DNA from: an uncultured Candidatus Poseidoniales archaeon
GTDB taxonomy: Archaea > Thermoplasmatota > Poseidoniia > Poseidoniales > Thalassarchaeaceae
DNA: 64,000 nucleotides
Direction of reading: 5' to 3'
Assembly: GCA_964013425.1 (NCBI GenBank)
Contig: CAXGWC010000002.1
Coordinates: 22,818-86,817, forward strand
Part shown: one piece after another, positions 16,140-25,123 of the stretch
Numbering within the stretch: position 1 is the first letter of the stretch
Layout: each line of letters starts with the position of its first letter
Made by a program: the position numbers and the translations under genes
The notes under the pieces: model-generated
The model's input: only the letters and a program-made list of their open reading frames with translations
The model's database searches: none
Told to the model about the DNA's origin: nothing

Positions 16140-18317
16140 ATGACGATGGCTACTCATGATTCGGCCGCAAGATGGAAGACCTTTCTCTCTGAGGCCAAGG
16201 AGCATGATATCACACTCCTTCTGTCAAAGCAAACTACTAGTCACACGGTTTCGGTATCATTCCATGAGTTGACCGGATTCGATCCAGATTTCGCAGAGGA
16301 TATCCTGAGCAACCCCCGTAGTATAATATCCAGTGGTCACAAGGTATTGAGCGAAATTTGTAGAGATAGAGGAGAGGATCTGGATGCAAGGGTCATACTT
16401 TCTGATCTTCCAAGAGATACCCTAAGCCCACTCAGAGATATAGGATCTAGAGATATAGACAAATTGAGGAGCTTAGACGTTATAGTAACAAAAATGTCTC
16501 AATTGAAGCCTAGGATACATGTTGCTGTCTTCGAGTGCGAATCCTGTGGTAACTCCCAACAGATAGATCAGATCAACGAAAGTGAATTGATTGAGCCGTT
16601 GAGATGCCCAGAGGCCACTGGATGTGGACGTTCAATCAGAGGAAATGACTCGACTAGATTCAACTTAGTATTGAATAGCTCACGGATGATAAACAACCAA
16701 TGGCTGGAGATTCAAGAGCTACCTGAGAATGTACCTAGTGGGGCACAACCTTCTCGGGCCAACGTGCTACTGGAAGGCGACCTAGTCAACAAGCACCTTC
16801 CCGGCCAAAGAATCACTGCAAATGTGATTCCTGTTGTCAGGTCCGAAATAAAGAGAAACAAGAAAACTCCAATGTTTGATATCGTATACCAAATGATTAG
16901 CTCTAGACACGAGAGTGTTCCTTTCACTGAGATTAAGATAAATGACGAGGAAAGAGAGCAAATCGAAGAGATTGCTGCATCGGGGGAATTATTGACTCTT
17001 ATGCAGAAATCTATAGCTCCATCAATATTTGCAAATGACAAGCTCAAGCTAATCAAAAGATCCCTCGCACTCCAGCTATTTGGAGGAGTAAGAAGGAAAA
17101 CCGCTGATGATACGTATCTAAGGGGCGACATCCATATTCTACTGATGGGAGACCCTGGTGTTGCCAAGTCTCAGCTTCTCGGATATATGTCGAATATCTC
17201 TCCCAGGGGAAAGTTTGCTTCAGGGGGAGGGACTTCAGGCGCCGGCTTAACTGCGGCAGCAATCAGGGACTCCTTTGGAGATGGTAGGTTTGCCTTGGAG
17301 GCGGGAGTCCTCCCTCTCTCAGACAGAGGATTAGCGGCTATTGATGAGTTTGACAAAATCTCTCCAGACGATCGGAGCGCCATGCATCCTGCGATGGAAC
17401 AACAGAAGATTTTCGTCGCAAAGGGAGGAATAACAGCGACCCTACCCTCTAGATGTGCGGTCCTCGCAGCGGCAAATCCGAAAGACGGGAGATTCTCAAA
17501 TAGGAATGAAAGGACCTCAATAATGACCTCATTCAAAGAGACTGACTTGCCTTATCCACTAGCATCTAGATTTGACTTACTATGGTTAATCAGAGATGAT
17601 ACTGAAAAGTCCACTGACACTAAAATAGCAACGCATATACTCGACATAAGAAGCTCATCACCGAGTGAAATGAGCCTACAGGATCTACCCTTTGAACCCT
17701 CTGAGACAGACGAAGGAGAGGTATTTGGTATCGGAGTCGATGGAGACAAACACCTAACGATGGATTTTCTTAGAAAATACGTGGCATACGCCAAGAGAAC
17801 GTTCTTCCCGCAATTAAATGATAAGGCAAAATTGATGATTTCGGATTACTATGTTCAAGTCAGGAATGAGACCGCCGCGCTAGATAGGTCTCCAGGAGAG
17901 TATGAGGGCGATGGGGACAAGGATAGACCGATTCCGATCACTGCTAGGGCTATAGAAGCACTAATTCGACTTACCGAAGCACATGCTAGAATGCATCTGA
18001 AACACACGGCAGATGAAAATGATGCTAAGATGGCCCTGGCCGTCTACAAGCATTGGAGAGAGGACTCAAACATTGAGGATGAGTCAGAAATTCACTCTGG
18101 AGTTTCGGCATCAAAGAGGAATATCGACAGGAACATTAGGAAAATCATTAGAGGTATTTGTATGGAGAGAGGTGGAACTGCAGATATAGACGAGATTTAC
18201 AACAGGGCTACTGATTTGGGGATTAATGAAGGACAGGTTGATGGAGTGATTTCCTCAATGAGTATCAGTGGGGAAATTTTCTCTCCTCGAGGAGGAACGT
18301 ACTCTTTCGTCCGTTGA
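16140..18317 (+). CDS. mcm: Replicative helicase MCM
   Basis: Zinc-binding CESC...C, Walker A GDPGVAKSQLL, SGAGLTAA, Walker B IDEFDK, AMEQQ, AAANP, arginine finger SRFD, ITAR, C-terminal wHTH. No intein is apparent. Confidence 0.97.
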   Translation: MTMATHDSAARWKTFLSEAKEHDITLLLSKQTTSHTVSVSFHELTGFDPDFAEDILSNPRSIISSGHKVLSEICRDRGEDLDARVILSDLPRDTLSPLRDIGSRDIDKLRSLDVIVTKMSQLKPRIHVAVFECESCGNSQQIDQINESELIEPLRCPEATGCGRSIRGNDSTRFNLVLNSSRMINNQWLEIQELPENVPSGAQPSRANVLLEGDLVNKHLPGQRITANVIPVVRSEIKRNKKTPMFDIVYQMISSRHESVPFTEIKINDEEREQIEEIAASGELLTLMQKSIAPSIFANDKLKLIKRSLALQLFGGVRRKTADDTYLRGDIHILLMGDPGVAKSQLLGYMSNISPRGKFASGGGTSGAGLTAAAIRDSFGDGRFALEAGVLPLSDRGLAAIDEFDKISPDDRSAMHPAMEQQKIFVAKGGITATLPSRCAVLAAANPKDGRFSNRNERTSIMTSFKETDLPYPLASRFDLLWLIRDDTEKSTDTKIATHILDIRSSSPSEMSLQDLPFEPSETDEGEVFGIGVDGDKHLTMDFLRKYVAYAKRTFFPQLNDKAKLMISDYYVQVRNETAALDRSPGEYEGDGDKDRPIPITARAIEALIRLTEAHARMHLKHTADENDAKMALAVYKHWREDSNIEDESEIHSGVSASKRNIDRNIRKIIRGICMERGGTADIDEIYNRATDLGINEGQVDGVISSMSISGEIFSPRGGTYSFVR

Positions 18318-18347
18318 GCCTATGAGCAAAAGCCCACTCGTTGGACC

Positions 18348-20381
18348 ATGGAGCCACTTGGGGACGTCTCAAATCCAACCTCCTTGGATCCAGACTCCCT
18401 AGGTTTCATGTGTGGTCTAGAGATACACCAACAACTAGCTACTGGAAAACTACACTCTAGAATGCCAGGTGAGCTGTATGAGTTCGGTATTGAAGACATC
18501 CCGGAAGACTGGAATCACTCTGAGAGGAGACTCAGGGCATCCCAAGGAGAGGGGGGTAAGATAGACATCGCGGCAAGGTTCGAACAACGCAGAAATAGAA
18601 CCTTCGTGTATGTTCAACCTCCAAATGCAGGACTAATCGAGTTGGATGAGGCGCCCCCTCTCCCTCATGATCCAGAGGCCGTAGACGTAGTCCTGACAAT
18701 GTCTGCTATGCTACATGCAAAGCCCGTACCCACCCTCCAGCCAATGAGGAAAACAGTAGTCGATGGCTCCAACACGAGTGGATTCCAGAGGACCACACTA
18801 GTCTCTACGAATGGTCAATTGCTAACAGACACAGGAGAAGTGGGCGTTTCTGTGATATGCTTGGAAGAGGACTCTGCGAGAAAGCTCGAGACTAAATCAA
18901 CCCCAGATGGAGAAGTGGTAACATATACTCTTGATAGGCTAGGTCTTCCACTAGTGGAAATAGCCACCGAACCTGATATAATCACTCCCGAGCATGCAAA
19001 GGAATCAGCCATTGCACTGGGCTCCCTACTGAGGGATACAAGAAGAGTAAGAAGAGGTTTGGGTTCTATAAGGCAAGACCTCAATGTCAGTATCGCTTGT
19101 GGCGACAGGGTTGAGATCAAGGGATGTCAGGATTTAGAGTGGATTCCAAGAATAATAAGAATTGAGATGGCCAGACAGCTACACATGTACAGGCTGGCAA
19201 ATCAGTTGAGGGACGAAGCAAAATTACCCCCACTCCCACCCAATCGAAGGGATACTGAGATAACGATAGAAAACAGGGTGGCAATGGCTGCCAGATCCAG
19301 AGTTCCAATGGAGTTCCATGATATTTCCGAATCACTACTTTCATGTGAATCCTCGATGGTGAACAATGCTCTTTCTGAAGGAGCAACTCCTCTCGCTGTT
19401 AGGATTCCAGGATTCAATGGAAAATTGGGCTCAAAGTCTCCAGATCAGGAAGGAGCTCAGCTACCTCGTCTAGGAAGGGAGCTCGCCAGCGCGGCAAAAT
19501 TAGCTGGAGTAGCTGGAATCTTCCATTCAGACGAACTGCCCTCATATGGAATATCAGAAGAAGATGTAATCACAATAAGAACCGCATTGGAGCTTTCAGA
19601 GAGTGATGCCTTCGCATTCTGCATCGCCCCACACTGGCAAGCAAAGCTAGCTCTGGAATCTGTCATAGAGAGATGTAGAATGGCATATCACAGAATCCCT
19701 CAAGAAGTTAGAAATGTTGTTGTTAGAAAGGGTCAGCCAGACGATGGAACGACCACTGCACTAAGGCCCCTTCCAGGTGGAGCAAGGATGTATCCAGAGA
19801 CAGATATACCCATACAAGACATCTCTATAGAAAGATGGGAAGCAATATGCTCAAACCTACCTCTTAGCTCAGATCAGCGATTACAGAGGCTGTTTGAACT
19901 GGACATATCTCATAACCAAGCAGAATCCATTCTCAACGGAGAATTGGACGATATTCTATTCGAGGGAATAGAGGGAGATCTCGCCCTTCCAGCCAAAGCC
20001 TGGGCAAGCGCTCTTCTGGAATTTGGAACTTCAAACGTCCCCGCACTTTCAGTGGCGATCCACCTAAAGGAGACCGGCCAGATAACTAGGGAGGGTATTA
20101 TTCCCCTCGTGGAAGAATCGTCTCGAAGAAAAACCACTGATTTGATTCATTGGATGCTATCTGAGGCTACATCTCAGGGTTTCATCCCCGCTAATAACAG
20201 TGAGGTCGAGGATGCCGTGGATGCAATTATGATAGAGAAAGCCGATTTCATTTCCGAACGAGGGATGTCAGCTGTGGGTCCTCTAATGGGGTTGGTGATG
20301 CAGAGGCTGGGAGGCTCTGCCGACGGCAAGATAGTAAGTCAGGTTCTTAGAGATAAGATAAGCTCAATTTCTAATGATTAG
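18348..20381 (+). CDS. gatE: Glu-tRNA(Gln) amidotransferase subunit GatE
   Basis: GLEIHQQL, MRKTVVDGSNTSGFQRT, CLEED, LDRLGLPLVEIAT, RGLGSIRQD, RPLPGGARMYPETD. Confidence 0.96.
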   Translation: MEPLGDVSNPTSLDPDSLGFMCGLEIHQQLATGKLHSRMPGELYEFGIEDIPEDWNHSERRLRASQGEGGKIDIAARFEQRRNRTFVYVQPPNAGLIELDEAPPLPHDPEAVDVVLTMSAMLHAKPVPTLQPMRKTVVDGSNTSGFQRTTLVSTNGQLLTDTGEVGVSVICLEEDSARKLETKSTPDGEVVTYTLDRLGLPLVEIATEPDIITPEHAKESAIALGSLLRDTRRVRRGLGSIRQDLNVSIACGDRVEIKGCQDLEWIPRIIRIEMARQLHMYRLANQLRDEAKLPPLPPNRRDTEITIENRVAMAARSRVPMEFHDISESLLSCESSMVNNALSEGATPLAVRIPGFNGKLGSKSPDQEGAQLPRLGRELASAAKLAGVAGIFHSDELPSYGISEEDVITIRTALELSESDAFAFCIAPHWQAKLALESVIERCRMAYHRIPQEVRNVVVRKGQPDDGTTTALRPLPGGARMYPETDIPIQDISIERWEAICSNLPLSSDQRLQRLFELDISHNQAESILNGELDDILFEGIEGDLALPAKAWASALLEFGTSNVPALSVAIHLKETGQITREGIIPLVEESSRRKTTDLIHWMLSEATSQGFIPANNSEVEDAVDAIMIEKADFISERGMSAVGPLMGLVMQRLGGSADGKIVSQVLRDKISSISND

Positions 20382-20431
20382 GATGTAATAAGTATCAAAT
20401 TAAAGTACCTGTTTACGTTGGTTTAATCTCC

Positions 20432-20986
20432 ATGTCTGACAGACTTAGACTAGGCTCCACGGTCTTACTTGTGGCAGTGTTATTCCTATTTCCTTTCATC
20501 AGAGACTCCGTAAACGAAGAGGTCGCTAGGTTCGTTAGCGATAGTGAGTCCTCCCACGACGGACTGCCGACTGAATGGGATGAAAGCCAAGTCATATGCA
20601 TTTACTTCCCAGCTGAATACCCCCATTCTGTATATTCTTCCGGCGTCTCGATGATTGATGCTGATGGTTCTATAATTGGAGTCAATAATGACCTCAATCT
20701 AACCGGCGCTTGCGTGGGGGGGCTAGAGGGCTACACAGATGGATTGAATTTTATGATGGACGCAACAAGGGTCGCTGGAGGGCACTTGGCCGTGGGGTAC
20801 TTCGTGAACCCCAACTGGGGAGAATTCGTTCATACAATTGGAGGTCTTAGCGATAAAGAGATTCAAGGGGACTTTAACGGAGCATACTGGAGCCTGACTC
20901 ACAATGGTCGGTACTCCATGGTCGGAATCGGCAGTTTGGTAATGGAAGAGAGCGATGTAATAAGTTGGAATATAGAGACATGGTGA
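20432..20986 (+). CDS. Membrane-anchored DUF4430 / transcobalamin-C-terminal-like protein
   Basis: N-terminal hydrophobic anchor. C-terminal WGEFVHTIGG...YWSLTHNGRYSMVGIGSLVMEESDVISW matches the DUF4430 pattern. Confidence 0.65.
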   Translation: MSDRLRLGSTVLLVAVLFLFPFIRDSVNEEVARFVSDSESSHDGLPTEWDESQVICIYFPAEYPHSVYSSGVSMIDADGSIIGVNNDLNLTGACVGGLEGYTDGLNFMMDATRVAGGHLAVGYFVNPNWGEFVHTIGGLSDKEIQGDFNGAYWSLTHNGRYSMVGIGSLVMEESDVISWNIETW

Positions 20987-21045
20987 GAACTTGATGAGCG
21001 GAATTATGAATAGACAGGCCCTCTCATCACCGGGAGAGTGATTCA

Positions 21046-21696
21046 ATGCTGGACGCACATGCAATAGTCCTATCCCCCTTCGAGACACTGGTTCTCAACC
21101 TCTCCTTACTGGCAATAGTGGCATGGTCAATGTGGAAGGCCGAGAAATCCCTAGATTCTGGAAATGACCTGACAATACTAGTATTGATCACCATATTCGC
21201 AATCACTGGAAGGATACTCCTCGAACCGCTCCCTAACGTGCAACCGGTTACCGTGGTCGTGCTCCTAGTGGGAATTCATTACGGGGCTACAAGATCTATT
21301 GGCGTGGCCACGATAATTGCAATCTCATCTAATCTAGTAATGGGTCATGGCCTCTGGACATTTTATCAGGCACTGGGATGGTCACTAGTTGGAGTCACGG
21401 GCGCCTTGCTTTCACAGAGCCTGAGGGTCGATGACAAGATTTCCGTTTCTAGGGTGGCCAGTGTCTCATTTGTTGCAGCCTTCGCTTTCGACTGGGTCGT
21501 CTCAGTAAGCGTATTGCACACCCTTCCTCTTGAGACTCTTCCAGTGTACATATTGGCGGGCCTGCCATTCGACTTGGTTCACGGCGTCGGCAATGTCGCC
21601 TTCGCAGCGTGGATGGCCGAGCCGATATCCGATATCATGTCAAGGCACTCTACTAATAGAGAGGTGGTGGTAAGCCCTGTCAAGAGTAGCTCCTGA
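21046..21696 (+). CDS. ECF transporter S component, CbrT-like (probable cobalamin)
   Basis: LPNVQPVT, SNLVMGHGLWTFYQALGW and GLPFDLVHGVGN motifs with multiple TM helices. Confidence 0.75.
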   Translation: MLDAHAIVLSPFETLVLNLSLLAIVAWSMWKAEKSLDSGNDLTILVLITIFAITGRILLEPLPNVQPVTVVVLLVGIHYGATRSIGVATIIAISSNLVMGHGLWTFYQALGWSLVGVTGALLSQSLRVDDKISVSRVASVSFVAAFAFDWVVSVSVLHTLPLETLPVYILAGLPFDLVHGVGNVAFAAWMAEPISDIMSRHSTNREVVVSPVKSSS

Positions 21697-21703
21697 GCTA
21701 ACC

Positions 21704-22048
21704 ATGGTCCTAGTCACTAGGGCCGATCTAAAGCTAACTAAGGGAAAGATGGCGGCACAGTGCGGACATGCTGTCTCTGACTGTGTACTCAAGGCAAGCT
21801 CCAAGGATAGCAGAATGCTCGACAGGTACCTCAAAGAAGGCGCTAGAAAGATTGTCGTCTCTGCCCCTCATCTAGAAGGACTGAAGAGAATTTATGGAGA
21901 AGCAGCGGAAAGCGGAATAATTTGTTCCATGATAAAGGATGCAGGACACACAGAGATTCCACCCGGAACGATAACTGTAGTGGGGCTAGGCCCCGGAATT
22001 AGAAGCGATATCGATTCAATAACGAGTAGCCTTCCCCTCGTCAAGTGA
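21704..22048 (+). CDS. pth2: Peptidyl-tRNA hydrolase Pth2
   Basis: RADLKLTKGKMAAQCGHA, KIVV, DAGHTEIPPGTITVVGLGP. Confidence 0.95.
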   Translation: MVLVTRADLKLTKGKMAAQCGHAVSDCVLKASSKDSRMLDRYLKEGARKIVVSAPHLEGLKRIYGEAAESGIICSMIKDAGHTEIPPGTITVVGLGPGIRSDIDSITSSLPLVK

Positions 22049-22065
22049 TAATAATAGAATACTTA

Positions 22066-22102
22066 AAAATCGGCAGACTGGGAGAAAATCCCCCAGTCCG
22101 CC
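22066..22102 (-). terminator. Hairpin with downstream T tract after the MIP-like gene
   Basis: On the minus strand, GGCGGACTGGGGGA-TTT-TCTCCCAGTCTGCC pairs fully with two G-U pairs (A-C mismatches on plus) and is followed by GATTTTT. Confidence 0.7.
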
Positions 22103-22131
22103 TTACGAATGTTCTGTTACGGTTTACAGAT

Positions 22132-22803
22132 CTAATTGACTGCTTCATCGACCTTGACAGCAACTAGTGCTCCAATGCCACACATAAGACCATCAACTAT
22201 CCAAGCCTGAGCAATTTGAGCGATATCATGACCCGAACTAAATAGAGATGATGCCATCTCACCAGCTCCACTTGTGGTCGAGGATCCTGAAGCCATCACT
22301 GCATCTCCAGCAGCATCAACTCCCACTGCCATTGTCCAATCATAGGACATCCCCATCATCCCTGCAAGAGCCATCACGGCAAATCCACTCACCCAAGCCG
22401 ATTCAGCTCTGGTGTGAACGGTCCAGAAAATAGCGCCTGCGGCAATCATTGTAATTGCGCCCCAAGCATCAGGAGCTTCGAATCCAGGTTGTATAGTCTC
22501 CCAAGGGGAGTCTAGAGCGCCCATTTCTGACATCAGTGCTATGGCCAAACCGGCTCCCACGACCTGTGCTAGTAATCGCATGCCATTAGGCATCCAGTTA
22601 CCTTCCGTATCGCCAAGGTCACTTGTCATTATGTGCATCCACGTTATCACGGGTAGCACATGAGCCCCGGAGAATGCCATCCAAACCGCAGCCATCAAGA
22701 CGGCTGCAGTCAGGTCCCACTCCATTCCAATTCCGATCACGAGCCATGCTACTGCGAAGGCACCGCCGATCTCTGCTTTCATTGCATTCATATCCATATC
22801 CAT
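22132..22803 (-). CDS. Divergent aquaporin/MIP-fold membrane protein lacking NPA motifs
   Basis: AEIGGAF (cf. AEFxGT), SGAHVLPVIT (cf. SGAHLNPAVT), LLAQVVGA (cf. IIAQLLGA), W..GxMxG near the C-terminus. Strong SD GAGGTGAGGAGG. Confidence 0.65.
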   Translation of the reverse strand: MDMDMNAMKAEIGGAFAVAWLVIGIGMEWDLTAAVLMAAVWMAFSGAHVLPVITWMHIMTSDLGDTEGNWMPNGMRLLAQVVGAGLAIALMSEMGALDSPWETIQPGFEAPDAWGAITMIAAGAIFWTVHTRAESAWVSGFAVMALAGMMGMSYDWTMAVGVDAAGDAVMASGSSTTSGAGEMASSLFSSGHDIAQIAQAWIVDGLMCGIGALVAVKVDEAVN

Positions 22804-23030
22804 TTTATTTCCTCCTCACCTCAGTGAGTGGTCAACCACATGACTCATATCTTATAATAGAGACCTAATAAAAATGCTTTAAATGGTAAATTTTGAGGGT
22901 TTTGATAAAAGCCGGTGTAGTATAAAACACCTGATAACTAAAAAAATATCTAGTTTCCACTAGTTTATAAATAATTTTTTTCAGTGCGTAGCACTGTATG
23001 CTATGAATACCAGTTTCATACTCATTTGAT
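22804..23030. promoter_or_regulatory. AT-rich divergent promoter region with several palindromes
   Basis: GGTGT-N8-ACACC (22914-22931), AACTA-N10-TAGTT (22936-22955), CAGTGC-N3-GCACTG (22982-22996), TATGAA-N7-TTCATA (23002-23020). Confidence 0.5.
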
Positions 23031-24104
23031 ATGCAACCACCTTCTGGGACCCCTATGCGACACTATCCTAGCGAGCTGGTGGACCTAAGAAGCGACACTG
23101 TCACCCAGCCTACTCCAGAGATGAGAGAGGCTATGGCCAAGGCATCTGTGGGCGATGATGTATTGGGCGACGATCCTACTGTTATCGAGCTTCAGGAGAT
23201 GGTAGCAGATATTTTCGGGAAGGAAGAGGCACTCTTTGTCCCATCGGGAACTATGTCGAATGCGATTGCTATTAGGGCACAGACCGAGCCAGGAGACGAG
23301 ATCATAACAGAGAGATACAGTCATATTTACATTTACGAGGGAGGTGGATATGCCGCTCTATCAGGATGCTCAATAGCACTCGTTCCAGGAGAGGGAGGCA
23401 TAATGGATCCAGCCGATGTGGAAGCCTCAATCAGGAAGGGCGATGGAAGCCTCGGGCACTACCCTAACGGTAGCATGGTATGCGTCGAGAATACCTCTAA
23501 CCGTGGAGGTGGGACCTGCTACTCTGAGGAAAAATTGGATGGAATCGCCAAGATCGCCAGGGAAAACAATTGCAGGTCCCACATAGACGGAGCTAGGATT
23601 TTCAACGCTTCAATATCTAGCTCACTGAGTCCTAAGAGAATGGCTAGGGAGTACGATAGTATCTCGGTATGCCTCAGCAAGGGACTAGGGGCTCCTGTGG
23701 GAAGTGTACTGGTGGGGTCGGCCGAAACCCTCTACAAAGCACATAGGTGGAGAAAAATGTTCGGCGGGGGGATGAGGCAGGCAGGAGTACTGGCAGCCGC
23801 TGGGATATACTCCCTGGAGAATAACGTCCATAGACTCTCAGAAGATCATCACAGGGCTATGGAGATAGCAACGGCTGTTGAAAGAATGGATTCCTACGAA
23901 GTCGATCTTGAACAAGTACAAACTAACATGGTGTATGTAAAATGTGACCAGGGAGGGGCCGAATCGCTAATCCATAGATTGGAGAAGTTGGGCATCCAAG
24001 CCCTTACAATTGACAGCTCCACAATAAGAATAGTAACGCACCTTCACATTACTGACGATGATGTACAGAGGACAATCAGTGCCCTAGAATCAGCACAACC
24101 ATGA
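23031..24104 (+). CDS. ltaE: Low-specificity L-threonine aldolase
   Basis: [36 protein letters not shown] lysine in [20 protein letters not shown]. Confidence 0.95.
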   Translation: MQPPSGTPMRHYPSELVDLRSDTVTQPTPEMREAMAKASVGDDVLGDDPTVIELQEMVADIFGKEEALFVPSGTMSNAIAIRAQTEPGDEIITERYSHIYIYEGGGYAALSGCSIALVPGEGGIMDPADVEASIRKGDGSLGHYPNGSMVCVENTSNRGGGTCYSEEKLDGIAKIARENNCRSHIDGARIFNASISSSLSPKRMAREYDSISVCLSKGLGAPVGSVLVGSAETLYKAHRWRKMFGGGMRQAGVLAAAGIYSLENNVHRLSEDHHRAMEIATAVERMDSYEVDLEQVQTNMVYVKCDQGGAESLIHRLEKLGIQALTIDSSTIRIVTHLHITDDDVQRTISALESAQP

Positions 24105-24140
24105 GTAACTCTTCAATAATACAATCTTCCGGCGTTCATT

Positions 24141-25082
24141 ATGAGGGTTATCCTAGCAGTGATGATGTCCGCAGTGATTCTCCTTCCATTGCAGGCCAGT
24201 GCAGCCACAGAACAGTTCTGGGATCACGCTAGGTACGACTCCGACGGTTTGCAAGTAGACGGCGGAACGATTGGTTTCACTACGCATTGGAACCTCTCCT
24301 CTAACAATGACACCGGAGAAAACCACTCCTACAATGTAGATGAAATGCCAATTTTAGTCGAGATATACACCGCTACATGGTGCACTAACTGCGTAACCAC
24401 GCAAGGCATAATGAGCGATGCTATAGGGGACTCAGATGTGGAAATGATACACTATCACAGACATTGGTTCGAGCCACGCGACCCTTTCGGGAGTAATAGT
24501 ACTGAAGAGCGATGGACGAACACATACGGTCACGCAGTGACACTCAACGGCGGGGCACCTCGGCTAGCACCCACCAAAGTAGTTGATGGGGAGAGAATGC
24601 ATTACGGGTCTAGGGCCAACTCAGACTCTCTGATGGACGATTATACAGCTTCCCTATCCAAGGGGCCTAACGGGCTCCTCAATGGAAATATATCACTGAA
24701 TCTACATCAGTTAGAGGACTTCATTAGTTTTGATTGGGACATTTCCTCGCTAGCTATTGCCACACAAAAAGAGTATAGCTTGGAACCATGGATTCTTCTA
24801 ATAGAAGAGGAGGCATATTTCCCAAATGGGTCGAATGGATTGGAGACGTACGAACACGTTCTCCTTGAGGCACTTTCACTAGACTCAAGTAAGAACTCAT
24901 CAGGAGTCATTGAAGTCCCCCTCCCCTCGCTATGGGATGGAGACGACCTGAAAGTGGCATTATTGGTCGATTGGCTCGTTGAATACTCTCCGTCTGGATC
25001 CCCCCTTCCGCCTCCAAGCATAGTCTATCTGCTCACATCATTGGTTGCTATGGCTTACGTTAGAGGTCCTAGACTGTCCTAA
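24141..25082 (+). CDS. Secreted thioredoxin-like (Omp28-like) protein with C-terminal membrane anchor
   Basis: Signal peptide, VEIYTATWCTNC, APT cis-Pro-like loop, C-terminal LPPPS + TM helix + Arg residues. Confidence 0.7.
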   Translation: MRVILAVMMSAVILLPLQASAATEQFWDHARYDSDGLQVDGGTIGFTTHWNLSSNNDTGENHSYNVDEMPILVEIYTATWCTNCVTTQGIMSDAIGDSDVEMIHYHRHWFEPRDPFGSNSTEERWTNTYGHAVTLNGGAPRLAPTKVVDGERMHYGSRANSDSLMDDYTASLSKGPNGLLNGNISLNLHQLEDFISFDWDISSLAIATQKEYSLEPWILLIEEEAYFPNGSNGLETYEHVLLEALSLDSSKNSSGVIEVPLPSLWDGDDLKVALLVDWLVEYSPSGSPLPPPSIVYLLTSLVAMAYVRGPRLS

Positions 25083-25123
25083 ATGCTATTTATGTCAGTT
25101 GGGTTGAATAACCTCCGCCGTCC

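Noticed and set aside
16140..18317. Inteins in MCM (and in PolB at 53122-55743)
   Set aside because: Protein lengths and motif spacing are normal; no splice-junction or LAGLIDADG blocks seen.
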